Part shown: positions 1 through 9,156 of the stretch, in pieces
Position numbering within the stretch: position 1 is the first letter of the stretch
Layout: each line of letters starts with the position of its first letter
NCBI GenBank assembly: GCA_964441245.1
Contig: CAYTVR010000004.1
Coordinates: 15,119-79,118, forward strand
Direction: 5' to 3'
DNA: 64,000 nucleotides
DNA from: an uncultured Saprospiraceae bacterium
GTDB taxonomy: Bacteria > Bacteroidota > Bacteroidia > Chitinophagales > Saprospiraceae
Notes under the pieces: model-generated
The model's input: only the letters and a program-made list of their open reading frames with translations
What the model was told of the DNA's origin: nothing
The model's database searches: none
Program-made: the position numbers and the translations under genes

Positions 1-1
1 C

Positions 2-811
2 GAAAATAGTATAGAGGGCATTCTTTTAGCGTCGATAAATCAAAGTACATTTTCTGATAATTCAACTGATAACCAAGGTGCTGCGATTTTCAATCAAGGG
101 GCGAATCAATTATTAATTGAAAATACATTAATGAATACTAGTAGTGGAGGGAATACAGGTGCAGTGATTACCAATAATGGGAATTTAACTTTACGAAATG
201 TCTCGATGGTTGATAATTTTGTAGGAATTCAACAATTAGAAAACGGAAGTGTAACTATACAAAACACCATTATAGATAGCCAAATCGGCAATTATATTGA
301 AACGCCAACATCCACTTTTATTAGTAAAGGAGGAAATATATCAAGCGATAACACTATGGCTAATGTACTTACTGGTTTTGAGACCTTTGCTGATTTCAAC
401 AATGTGTCTCCAATGTTAGATATGAATTATGTGCCACAGATCAATAGTCCATGTATCGATGCTGGTAATCCTACAGACATTGTAGCCACTACCGATCTTT
501 ATGGTGCAGATCGAATTCAAGGAACTCAAATTGATATCGGCGCAATTGAAAGTGCTTTTTCTGTTTCAGTGAAAACCGTTGAAAATAAAATCATTGATAT
601 TTTTCCAAACCCATTTCAAGATCATTTAAATTTATCCGATGTCGATGGAATCAAAAACATTCGTTTAATAGATGCAACAGGAAAAATAGTTCAACAATTT
701 TCGCCACAGCGACAACTGAACATTTCCAATCGTTTACCCAATGGATTTTATATCCTAGAATTGGATTTTGGCAAATATCAATTGCATGAACGAGTGAGTA
801 GAATCAAATGA
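2..811 (+). CDS. 5'-truncated secreted beta-helix / choice-of-anchor-Q-like protein with T9SS C-terminal sorting domain
   Basis: The frame of the 131..811 ORF stays open back to the window edge (ENSIEGILLASINQSTFSDNSTDNQGAAIFNQG...), so the gene starts upstream of the window. It has Asn/Gly-rich beta-helix-like repeats and an IDAGNP...DLYGADRIQGTQIDIGAIES motif. The C-terminus (IFPNPFQDHLNL...GFYILELDF) looks like a T9SS CTD. Confidence 0.6.
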   Translation, partial: ENSIEGILLASINQSTFSDNSTDNQGAAIFNQGANQLLIENTLMNTSSGGNTGAVITNNGNLTLRNVSMVDNFVGIQQLENGSVTIQNTIIDSQIGNYIETPTSTFISKGGNISSDNTMANVLTGFETFADFNNVSPMLDMNYVPQINSPCIDAGNPTDIVATTDLYGADRIQGTQIDIGAIESAFSVSVKTVENKIIDIFPNPFQDHLNLSDVDGIKNIRLIDATGKIVQQFSPQRQLNISNRLPNGFYILELDFGKYQLHERVSRIK

Positions 812-1055
812 TTAAAATGAATTTTCCTTAAAATCTCAAACGTTACAAATTGAAATAAAATATACATTAATTATTTTAACCAGATTGCTTTTCAGAGTAA
901 TCTCGTTATTTGATTCTTAATTACGGAATCAATCCATTCATTTATAATAGGAAGATCGTCAATTGTTTACTTGGCGGTCTTTCTGTTTTTTATAGGGCTT
1001 TACCATCAATTTATTTAAAATCCCTTATCTTTCGCACTCAACCAAAACCTAAATC

Positions 1056-2723
1056 ATGAAAAAGATCAATCACTTTCTTATTCCTTTATTAAGTCTAATC
1101 TTTTTTTGGAGCTGTAATCCAACAACGACCGATACCGACACAAAAACGGAAACAGAAACTTCTTCTGCAAGTAGTCCCGATGTAAAAAAACGATTAGCCA
1201 AATATACTCCAGTCAAACTGACTACAGATGTCACTTCTTTGACAGCTAAAGAAAAACAAATGGTTCCCATTCTAATTGAAGCTGGCCAGATTATGAATGG
1301 TTTGTTTTTATATGAAGCTTATGGCGATAATGCAGAGGCACTAAAAAAAGACAAGAGTGAAAGTTTGAAACAACTCATCGATATCAACTATGGTCCATGG
1401 GATCGTTTGGATGGGAATGCCCCTTTTGTAAAGGGGGTAGGACCAAAACCCGCAGGTGCTAACTACTACCCTACGGATATGACCAAGAAAGAATTTGAAG
1501 AGGCAAAAATCAAAGATAAAGAGAGTTTATACACTTTTATCCGAAGGGATAAAAATGGGAAATTAATGAGTGTTCCTTATCACAAACAATTTGAAGCGGA
1601 AGTAAAAAAAGTATCTGATTTATTGTTGAGTGCTGCGGAACTAGCAGATGATGCAGGTTTAAAAAATTACTTAATTCTTCGAGCAGCGGCCATGTTGGAT
1701 GATGAATACCAAGCTAGTGATTTTGCATGGCTAGATATGAAAACCAATAAAATTGATGTAGTCATCGGTCCTATTGAAAATTATGAAGATCAATTATATG
1801 GCTATAAAGCTGCTCATGAAGCTTATATCTTAATCAAGGATATGGAGTGGAGTAAGCGATTAGAAAAATTTGCCGCTTTTTTACCTGATCTACAAAAAGG
1901 ATTGCCTGTTGCTGCGGAGTATAAAAAAGAGACTCCAGGAAGAGATACAGAATTGAATGCTTATGATGTCGTTTTTTATGCCGGTGATTGTAATGCTGGT
2001 AGCAAAACGATTGCGATCAATCTTCCAAATGATGAAGAAGTTCAACTCAAAAAAGGGACTCGAAGATTACAATTGAAAAACGCGATGCGCGCGAAATTTG
2101 ATAAAATCCTAACGCCTATTTCTAAAATGTTGATCGCACCAGAACAACGAAAACACATTACTTTTGACGCTTTCTTTTCGAACACGATGTTCCATGAAGT
2201 CGCACATGGATTAGGAATTAAAAATACCATTGATGGGAAAACGACCGTTCGGAAAGCCTTGAAAGAACATTCTTCTGCACTGGAAGAAGGCAAAGCTGAT
2301 ATCCTCGGATTGTACATGATCAATCAATTACATGCACAAGGGGAAATCGATGGAGACCTTAAAGATTACTTGGTTACTTTTATGGCGAGTATCTTTCGTT
2401 CTGTTCGTTTTGGCGCGAGCAGCGCACATGGAAAAGCCAACATGATTCGTTTCAATTTTTTCAATGAAGCCGGTGCTTTTGAACGCAATGAGGCAGATGG
2501 TACTTATAAACTTAATTTTGAAAAATTTGCCGCCGCTGCAAAAGCGCTTTCTGAAAAAATCTTGACCCTCCAAGGTGATGGTAATTATGACAACGTTGCT
2601 CAATTAGTCAAAGACCAAGGCTTAATTAAAACACAACTCCAAAAAGATTTGGATCGATTGACAGAAGCCAATATTCCGGTAGATGTCGTTTTTGAACAAG
2701 GAGTCGAGGTACTGGGATTGTAG
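1056..2723 (+). CDS. M49 (DPP III)-like zinc metallopeptidase, lipoprotein
   Basis: Lipoprotein signal (LSLIFFWSC). HEVAHGLG zinc motif followed by EEGKADILG, matching the arrangement in DPP3-family / Nudix-hydrolase-3 C-terminal-like hydrolases. Confidence 0.65.
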   Translation: MKKINHFLIPLLSLIFFWSCNPTTTDTDTKTETETSSASSPDVKKRLAKYTPVKLTTDVTSLTAKEKQMVPILIEAGQIMNGLFLYEAYGDNAEALKKDKSESLKQLIDINYGPWDRLDGNAPFVKGVGPKPAGANYYPTDMTKKEFEEAKIKDKESLYTFIRRDKNGKLMSVPYHKQFEAEVKKVSDLLLSAAELADDAGLKNYLILRAAAMLDDEYQASDFAWLDMKTNKIDVVIGPIENYEDQLYGYKAAHEAYILIKDMEWSKRLEKFAAFLPDLQKGLPVAAEYKKETPGRDTELNAYDVVFYAGDCNAGSKTIAINLPNDEEVQLKKGTRRLQLKNAMRAKFDKILTPISKMLIAPEQRKHITFDAFFSNTMFHEVAHGLGIKNTIDGKTTVRKALKEHSSALEEGKADILGLYMINQLHAQGEIDGDLKDYLVTFMASIFRSVRFGASSAHGKANMIRFNFFNEAGAFERNEADGTYKLNFEKFAAAAKALSEKILTLQGDGNYDNVAQLVKDQGLIKTQLQKDLDRLTEANIPVDVVFEQGVEVLGL

Positions 2724-2730
2724 CATTGTC

Positions 2731-2792
2731 TTTGGGTGTTAATGTATTAATGTGTTAGACTTTTCACGCACTACACTACGTTAACACCCAAA
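2731..2792. terminator. Inverted repeat between convergent genes (possible bidirectional terminator)
   Basis: tttgggtgttaa (2731-2742) is the exact reverse complement of ttaacacccaaa (2781-2792). It lies between the stop codons of the 1056..2723 (+) and 2803..3216 (-) genes. The loop is long and there is no clean T-run. Confidence 0.35.
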
Positions 2793-2802
2793 TACATTAA
2801 CA

Positions 2803-3216
2803 TTAACTCGCAAATATCTGATCGAAGTCTTTAAAGGATTTAAACTCTAAGGCGTTGCCACTTGGATCTAAAAAAAACATGGTGCCTTGTTCGCCTACCT
2901 CTCCTTTAAACCGAACATAAGGTTCTATAATAAATTCTGTTCCATACTGGCGAAGCTTTTCTGCTAGTTGTTCCCACTCGGCCCATTTCAAAATAGCTCC
3001 AAAATGTTTGATCGGAACTTTCTTACCATCGACTCCATTACTCTTCGCTTCGGTAATCTCGTCTTCAGTGAGATGAGCGGTAATTTGGTTACCCCAAAAA
3101 TCAAAATCTATCCAATGATCAGAAGTACGCCCAACGCCACATCCTAATAAATCTTCATAAAATTTTCTAGTGACTGCTAAATCATAAACGGGAAATGCTA
3201 AATGAAAAGGTGACAT
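2803..3216 (-). CDS. VOC (glyoxalase/bleomycin-resistance/dioxygenase) family protein
   Basis: N-terminal [22 protein letters not shown] and C-terminal [13 protein letters not shown] are typical VOC beta-alpha-beta-beta-beta module signatures. Confidence 0.7.
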   Translation of the reverse strand: MSPFHLAFPVYDLAVTRKFYEDLLGCGVGRTSDHWIDFDFWGNQITAHLTEDEITEAKSNGVDGKKVPIKHFGAILKWAEWEQLAEKLRQYGTEFIIEPYVRFKGEVGEQGTMFFLDPSGNALEFKSFKDFDQIFAS

Positions 3217-3566
3217 AGAACTGTTGGTTTGATCGTTATTAGTATTTTAATTGCTGGTTTTCGATTTGGATAATCGAAGAAAAGAAAATTTTATCTTTTT
3301 GTAAAATTCAAGGCAAGTCTATTTTAATGGAGATCATTAGAAATGAAGGGTTTTAAAACATTAACTTTTAAACAAATATAAAAATATTTTCAAGAAGGAA
3401 AACTTGTGGGTAGGTCAAAACTCAGTTTAGATATGTTCGATGGGACTATAAAATGTTGTTCAAAAGAATAGGTTTTTGGACTACAAATATAACGTTTTTC
3501 TTCATAGATATAAAAAATTAATTATTAAATTATACATATCTAAAAGCTTCATTAAAAACTAAAATA

Positions 3567-4694
3567 CTAACTTTTAAACAACATGCTCAATATTTCCTTG
3601 GCACCTTGGAAGGAGGTACGTTGTCCATTTAGGATCTCTTTTTCGATTTCTTTTAATCGTTTTTTTAAACTCTCATCTCTTTCTAATTTTTCACGGATAC
3701 CATTTTGGATGGTTTCGTAAAGCCAATATTTAGCTTGACGCAAACGCTTTTGGTCAAAATATTTATTTCTCTGTACCATCCTTTTGTAATCCTGGCTTTG
3801 CTCCCAAATTTCTTTAATTCCAATATTGTTGAGTCCTGAAGAAGTAACTACAGAAGGTATCCAACCACTTTCCGTTGGCGGAAATAAATGCAATGCATTT
3901 CTATATTCTTGTTTGGCCCTTTTAGCTAAAGTCATCCGATCTTCATCTGCTTTATTGACGGCAATCAAATCTGCCATTTCAACAATACCTCTTTTAATTC
4001 CTTGCAACTCATCACCTGCCCCTGGCAAAATCAATAATAGAAAAAAATCAACCATAGAATGAACAGCCGTTTCTGACTGCCCTACCCCGACGGTTTCAAT
4101 CAAAATGGTGTCGTATCCAGCTGCTTCGCAAAGGATGATCGTCTCTCTAGTTTTACGTGCGACACCACCCAATGAGTCACCCGCAGGAGAGGGTCGAATA
4201 AAAGCAGATTCATGAATGGATAATTGCCCCATTCTCGTTTTATCACCTAAAATACTTCCCTTGGTTCTTTGGCTGGTAGGGTCAATCGCCATCACTGCCA
4301 AACGATGATCGTTTTTACAAATATGTAAACCTAATGCTTCTATAAAGGTACTTTTTCCAACACCTGGAGTTCCTGTGATTCCAATTCTAAAACTCTGATG
4401 TGCGTGAGGTAAACAAGCTTCGATAATTTCTTGGGCAAGGCTTTGATCACTAACTTTGGTACTTTCTATTAAAGTAATGGCTTGACCTAATAAGATCCGA
4501 TTGCCATTTTTGATTCCTTCTACATACTCGCTGACACTTCTTCTTTTTTTCTTACGCAAATTTTTTCCCCAATCACCAGGCCGAAAATCAGATTTAGAAA
4601 TGGCTTCTTTACCTATTTCCTCCTTTTGCCCCGATTTATCCTCTTTTTTCATGAATTCTGGTGGGTTAAAGTTCTTAACAGTGTTAAGAAACAA
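3567..4694 (-). CDS. meaB: Methylmalonyl-CoA mutase-associated GTPase MeaB/ArgK
   Basis: P-loop GITGTPGVGKSTFIEALG, IETVGVGQSE and the VNKAD G4 motif are classic for the MeaB/ArgK G3E GTPase family. The true start may be the internal Met at 4652. Confidence 0.9.
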   Translation of the reverse strand: MFLNTVKNFNPPEFMKKEDKSGQKEEIGKEAISKSDFRPGDWGKNLRKKKRRSVSEYVEGIKNGNRILLGQAITLIESTKVSDQSLAQEIIEACLPHAHQSFRIGITGTPGVGKSTFIEALGLHICKNDHRLAVMAIDPTSQRTKGSILGDKTRMGQLSIHESAFIRPSPAGDSLGGVARKTRETIILCEAAGYDTILIETVGVGQSETAVHSMVDFFLLLILPGAGDELQGIKRGIVEMADLIAVNKADEDRMTLAKRAKQEYRNALHLFPPTESGWIPSVVTSSGLNNIGIKEIWEQSQDYKRMVQRNKYFDQKRLRQAKYWLYETIQNGIREKLERDESLKKRLKEIEKEILNGQRTSFQGAKEILSMLFKS

Positions 4695-5893
4695 AAATTA
4701 ACTAATATCTAATCAACTGTATATCAATGTTATAATCGTAAAGGTATTTAACATTTTTTAGCAAAACACCCAAATCAGTGTTAAAGATAAAGAATAAGGG
4801 TCAAATGAGTCGTTTCAGGGCATTAAGCGCTTGTTTTTACCCGCTATTTATATGTAGTTTTATGATAGAAATTAGATGGATAGGAAGTATAAAAAACAGT
4901 TCATCTACTTTTTATCATTACACAAAAAAGATTTCCAAAAGTGGAAAAAAACGGATTCTTTTTTTCCGAAACCCATTTATTTAATCATATAATTCAATAC
5001 AAAATAGGCTCAACACCTATATCAGAACACCAATTTTTAGCTATGAAAACAAATTCAGTATGGCGTAATAATTAATCTCCTCATTTGATTTAGTTTTTTA
5101 TTTCGGTTGACGTTTTTTTCAAACATTGACCACCTTAAAATAAAAATCAAAACCTAGGTCATAATTATTTAAGCTATACTTACTAGTACGGATATTTAAA
5201 ATACCCATTATTATTTTAAACATCCTGATTGAGCTTTGACGTTACTGAAACCTAGCACAAATGTGCTAAGCGCATGTTTAAATTTCCATTGAATTGAAAA
5301 CTAAACTAAAACATGCGCTAACGACCTACAAAATTACATGGACCTTGTAAAACCTCAAGGTTTCCGGGCGAACGATTTATATAAATCAAAAGATTTTTTA
5401 TTCGCTAGTGGCTGGTAGTTGCTAATAAATTATTTGCTAAATCAGGTGATTATTAGACTCTCTTACTTCTACCGGTCATTAGCGATTAAATAAGGATACC
5501 AGTCTTAGATTTTAGGTTTAGTTGCCCTTTTCTTCATTATTGGTAAATCTGTTTTAATATAAAAACTTCGTTTTAGCAATTTTTGAAACTCAAATCAAAA
5601 AAATGAGTCGTGAATGACAAAAAACTACGAACCAGTATCCAAAAACTAAATTCCATTTCCCTTTCCTGTTACATTTTCTCTTTAAAAATCCTAAACTTTC
5701 GTTAAAGTGGCACTATTTTTCGTTACCTAGAGCGCAGGCTTTAGTCATATGATTGAAAAAGACTATTTTTGCAAAAATTTAAGATTTCAGAGCCAACATA
5801 TAGCAATTTGAGAACGTTAGTGTTCTGTTTGATCCTAAATCAATTATTAATAACCTAAATATCATTTAATCATAAATTAAATATTTTTTTAAA

Positions 5894-7174
5894 ATGAAAA
5901 ATTTTTCCTTATTCCAAAAATCATTCTTTTTATTGCTAGCGATATCGCTATTTACCTTTACAGCATGTGAAGATGATCCAACAGGCCCAGGTGGAGGTGG
6001 TACCATTCCTCCGAGTGTTCGTTTAACAGATGATGGTGTTAGCTCTATTACAACTGATGCTACCGTTGCTTCTGAGGCTGTGATTGTATTAAATGTAGTT
6101 GCTTCTGAAGGTGATAGCCCAATGGCTAACTTAACCGTTACTGAAGATGGAGCTACTGTTGACATCGGTCGTTTTGTAACGGGTTATATTGGTGGTGCAA
6201 ATCCAGCTTTATTACTTGGAGATAATAAGACTTCTATTAATTGGAATGTTGCATTTACAGTACATGCTGATTCAGATACCCGTACTTATGCGGTTGTTAT
6301 CGTAGATGATGCAGGAGAATCTTCTTCTGTTGCTGTAGATATCACTGTAGAATCAACTCCTCCAACCTTCAGCTTGAATGGTCCTAATGCGATCACTGTA
6401 CCTGTAGGTTTGACAACTATCAAAGTATCTGCTACTGCTGGTGGTGCTAGATTAAATACCATCTCTGTTCAAGAAGATGGTGTGGACATCGATGCTGCTA
6501 GAGTATCTACTTTCAATGGTGCTGATTATGATGCTAACCCTTATACTTTATTAGAAGCTGATAAAGATGGTTTTACTGAAGCTCCACTAGTAATGAATAC
6601 TGTTACAGCAGAAGGTGAAACACACAGTTATACCATCACTTTAGAAGACGAAGCAGGTAACAGAGAAATAGTAAGCTTTGATATTACAACTGAAGTAACA
6701 GGTACTGCGATTACAGATGCTTTCAGTGGTATTTTATTCAACAGAGCTGGTCCTACCGGAACAGGTGGATTAAACTTAATCACTGGTCAAGGTTCTGGTT
6801 CAAGTGATCCTGATTCCCATATCAGAGATGAAGGTGTCAATACTGATTTAGTTCCTGATGTGAACTGGCTTCAACAAATTTCAGGTATCAATGGTTCTGT
6901 AATTAAAGCTGCTGATACGAATACGCTTCCTGAAGGTTTTAGCTTCACAAACGTTCAATTCAAAGAAGAAATTGAAGGGGCATTTGATACTGGTTTGTCT
7001 TTGACTGAAACCAATGATGATGGTGACTTAGTCACTGATAGAATTGAAGTAGGAGATTTATTCCTCGTTAGAAATGGTGATAATACCTTCTTGATTGAAA
7101 TAGTAGAAGTTAATATTGTAAATACTGTTGCTGAGCCTAACGGTGATAACTACGTGATCAATATCAAATACTAG
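5894..7174 (+). CDS. Hypothetical surface lipoprotein with internally repeated Ig-like modules
   Basis: Lipobox (FTFTAC). Two similar modules (NLTVTEDGATVDIGRF / NTISVQEDGVDIDAARV). Strong GGT/GCT/ACT/GTT and TTC/AAC/ATC codon preference. Followed by a terminator hairpin. No family recognised. Confidence 0.6.
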   Translation: MKNFSLFQKSFFLLLAISLFTFTACEDDPTGPGGGGTIPPSVRLTDDGVSSITTDATVASEAVIVLNVVASEGDSPMANLTVTEDGATVDIGRFVTGYIGGANPALLLGDNKTSINWNVAFTVHADSDTRTYAVVIVDDAGESSSVAVDITVESTPPTFSLNGPNAITVPVGLTTIKVSATAGGARLNTISVQEDGVDIDAARVSTFNGADYDANPYTLLEADKDGFTEAPLVMNTVTAEGETHSYTITLEDEAGNREIVSFDITTEVTGTAITDAFSGILFNRAGPTGTGGLNLITGQGSGSSDPDSHIRDEGVNTDLVPDVNWLQQISGINGSVIKAADTNTLPEGFSFTNVQFKEEIEGAFDTGLSLTETNDDGDLVTDRIEVGDLFLVRNGDNTFLIEIVEVNIVNTVAEPNGDNYVINIKY

Positions 7175-7222
7175 TCATTGACCTTATTTCGATAAGAAAA
7201 TGTTCTTTTAGAACATGAATAT

Positions 7223-7259
7223 AAAAAAGCTTGTCTCTTTCGAGGGACAAGCTTTTTTA
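7223..7259 (+). terminator. Rho-independent terminator
   Basis: The agcttgtc / gacaagct stem (7228-7235 / 7246-7253) is followed by a T-run (7254-7259), about 50 nt after the lipoprotein stop codon. Confidence 0.75.
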
Positions 7260-7610
7260 TTTCTATAAGATTTTTCTTTTGGTTTGAGATGGTGGAGATA
7301 TTGGTTGTTTTAATTCTATAAGCACTATCTTTTTCCATTCCATTTGATTTAGATACTCTTCATCAGAAATGATTTTACAATTGGCATATATCTATAAATT
7401 TTCCAGCCTCCCGTCCCGATAACCTAGCCCTCTTTCGTGATAGATCTCAAGCCCGCCACTTGTTTAAGTGATCCTTCAACTTAAGTATATTACCATGAGT
7501 TAGATTTCTCCACAAGGTCGAAATAGCATTCTATTTTAGTACTGTCTTCCTTCGACTTCTTCGTCGCTATCTATGACAAATTGAATTCCCAAAAATTATG
7601 TGATCGTTTA

Positions 7611-7746
7611 GAACACAGATTTAGCAGATTTCACAGGTTACGCGGATTTTCGTTCGATTGCACTGATTTCCCGCTATCGTATACGATCGAAGACTTCGTT
7701 AACGGGAGAATCTGCGCAATCCGCGCGATCTGTTAAATCTGTGTTC
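7611..7746. repeat. ~136-bp imperfect palindromic element
   Basis: gaacacagatttagcagat (7611-7629) versus atctgttaaatctgtgttc (7728-7746) has one mismatch as a reverse complement. There are nested inverted repeats (cgcggatt/aatccgcg) and a perfect central palindrome, atcgtatacgat. Confidence 0.6.
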
Positions 7747-7855
7747 AAAAATCTGCGGATCAGATAATTTTTGTCATTACTACAATTTCATGTGAAATAT
7801 AACATTGGGTTACTCAGGATGACAATTTCGGCTTTACAGCACCTAATGAATTTGC

Positions 7856-8974
7856 TTAGCTAATTTGTTGCCAAGCCTCTGTTCCAAACTTTTGAGTTAA
7901 CTTCTCGATGTAATAAGATCCAGCTGCGGGATCGACTACTCGATCTAGGTGGCTTTCCAATTTTAATAAATGTTGTACATTTCGAGCAATTCGACGAGTG
8001 AAATCTGTGGCCGTTTCAAAGCTTTCATTGGCTGGTAAAACGGTCAAACGATCAACTCCACCGAGTGCTGCAGACATGGCTTGTGTGGTGGCACGTATCA
8101 TGTTATGATGAGGATTGTCGCTTTGACTGTCCATTCGAAACTGAGCCGAAATGATCGGTACAGAAGGTGCTAATTCATAAGCGTTCAATAGATTTGCCCA
8201 TAATAATTTTAATGCTCGAATACGAGCAATTTCTACAAAGTAACTACAGCTGAGTCGAATCGTAAACTGGATTTTTGGGATGACTCGTGAGGGATTTAGT
8301 CCTAATTCCATCAATGCTATAATCGCTTTATTGGCATCCTCCATCATCTCTGCTAATCCTGCAGTAATGGATTTACCAACTGTTTTATCTTCGATAGTCA
8401 GTAATGAAAATTTTGATAAATGTATTTCCGCGAAAGCGATCCCTTTTTTAATCTGCTCCCAATCCTGTGTACCATTTCGGACTTGAACCGAACCGTTTAA
8501 ACTAGTGGTATCTTTTTTATTATCAATAGCCAATTCATGAAAATTTTCTAATAAAGTCCCCATATCACTTGATGCATTTTTCAAACGAAAATGAGTGGAA
8601 ATAAAATCCACTTCTATTCCTTTTAGCAATAGCGATAAATCTGTCTTTGATAAAGATTGATCTATCACAAAATGTAAAGCTTCTACTCCATTCATCAAAG
8701 CGTTCAAGGCTATTTGGTTGGCTTCTTTCAAATCTGTTCCAACAACAATTTGCTCTCCTATTTGCCAATGATTATTGGATCGATTTCCTTGTATAGGAAA
8801 TTGTTGTTGCTCCATGTCTTCAACATGATAAAAAGGGGGGATTGTAATTTGCTCATTTAAGTGCCAATTCAATTCTGTCAAAGCTCTTCCCTTTAGATCT
8901 TTTTCTACTTTTTTCAACCATTCTTCCTTAGAAATGGATGGAAATACTGCGAATAGATTTTCTTTATGATTCAT
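7856..8974 (-). CDS. mutA: Methylmalonyl-CoA mutase small (beta) subunit-like, apparently C-terminally shortened
   Basis: PPFYHVED, IARIRALKLLW, MIRATTQAMSAALGGVDRLTVLP and DPAAGSYYIEKLT are MCM-fold motifs. The ORF ends a few residues after the GSYYIE motif, and no large-subunit gene follows. Confidence 0.7.
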   Translation of the reverse strand: MNHKENLFAVFPSISKEEWLKKVEKDLKGRALTELNWHLNEQITIPPFYHVEDMEQQQFPIQGNRSNNHWQIGEQIVVGTDLKEANQIALNALMNGVEALHFVIDQSLSKTDLSLLLKGIEVDFISTHFRLKNASSDMGTLLENFHELAIDNKKDTTSLNGSVQVRNGTQDWEQIKKGIAFAEIHLSKFSLLTIEDKTVGKSITAGLAEMMEDANKAIIALMELGLNPSRVIPKIQFTIRLSCSYFVEIARIRALKLLWANLLNAYELAPSVPIISAQFRMDSQSDNPHHNMIRATTQAMSAALGGVDRLTVLPANESFETATDFTRRIARNVQHLLKLESHLDRVVDPAAGSYYIEKLTQKFGTEAWQQIS

Positions 8975-9100
8975 CGTTTATATTGATATTAATCGATTCT
9001 TTTTCACTCTTTAAGCGAGAACCCAAAAATAACTTAAATTTCCAAAACCTTTTTCAGTTGAAAACTTCTTTTTTCGAGAACTTTTTTGCTGGAATTTGGT

Positions 9101-9108
9101 TATATTTG
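9101..9108 (+). promoter_or_regulatory. Bacteroidota-type -7 promoter element (TAnnTTTG) upstream of iscS
   Basis: TATATTTG lies 49 nt upstream of the iscS ATG. TTTG tracts sit further upstream, but the spacing to a -33 element is not ideal. Confidence 0.4.
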
Positions 9109-9156
9109 CACTAATGTTTAACATTCTTTAGACTAAATCTAAATAATACAATTAAA

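Noticed and set aside
4778-4984. 68-aa plus-strand ORF in the meaB-lipoprotein spacer
   Set aside because: The product is low-complexity and Phe/Ile/Lys-rich, typical of random frames in AT-rich DNA. It has no recognisable motif, and a poly-A/T tract lies inside it. I treat it as non-coding.
4695-8000. Cobalamin riboswitch or other known RNA (RNase P, tmRNA, SRP, 6S) near the MCM genes and in the long spacers
   Set aside because: I looked for the B12-box (GCCACTG context), the RNase P GGAAAGTCCGG core, the tmRNA tag and acceptor, and the SRP GGAAGCAGC motif. I found none. A covariance-model scan would be needed for certainty.
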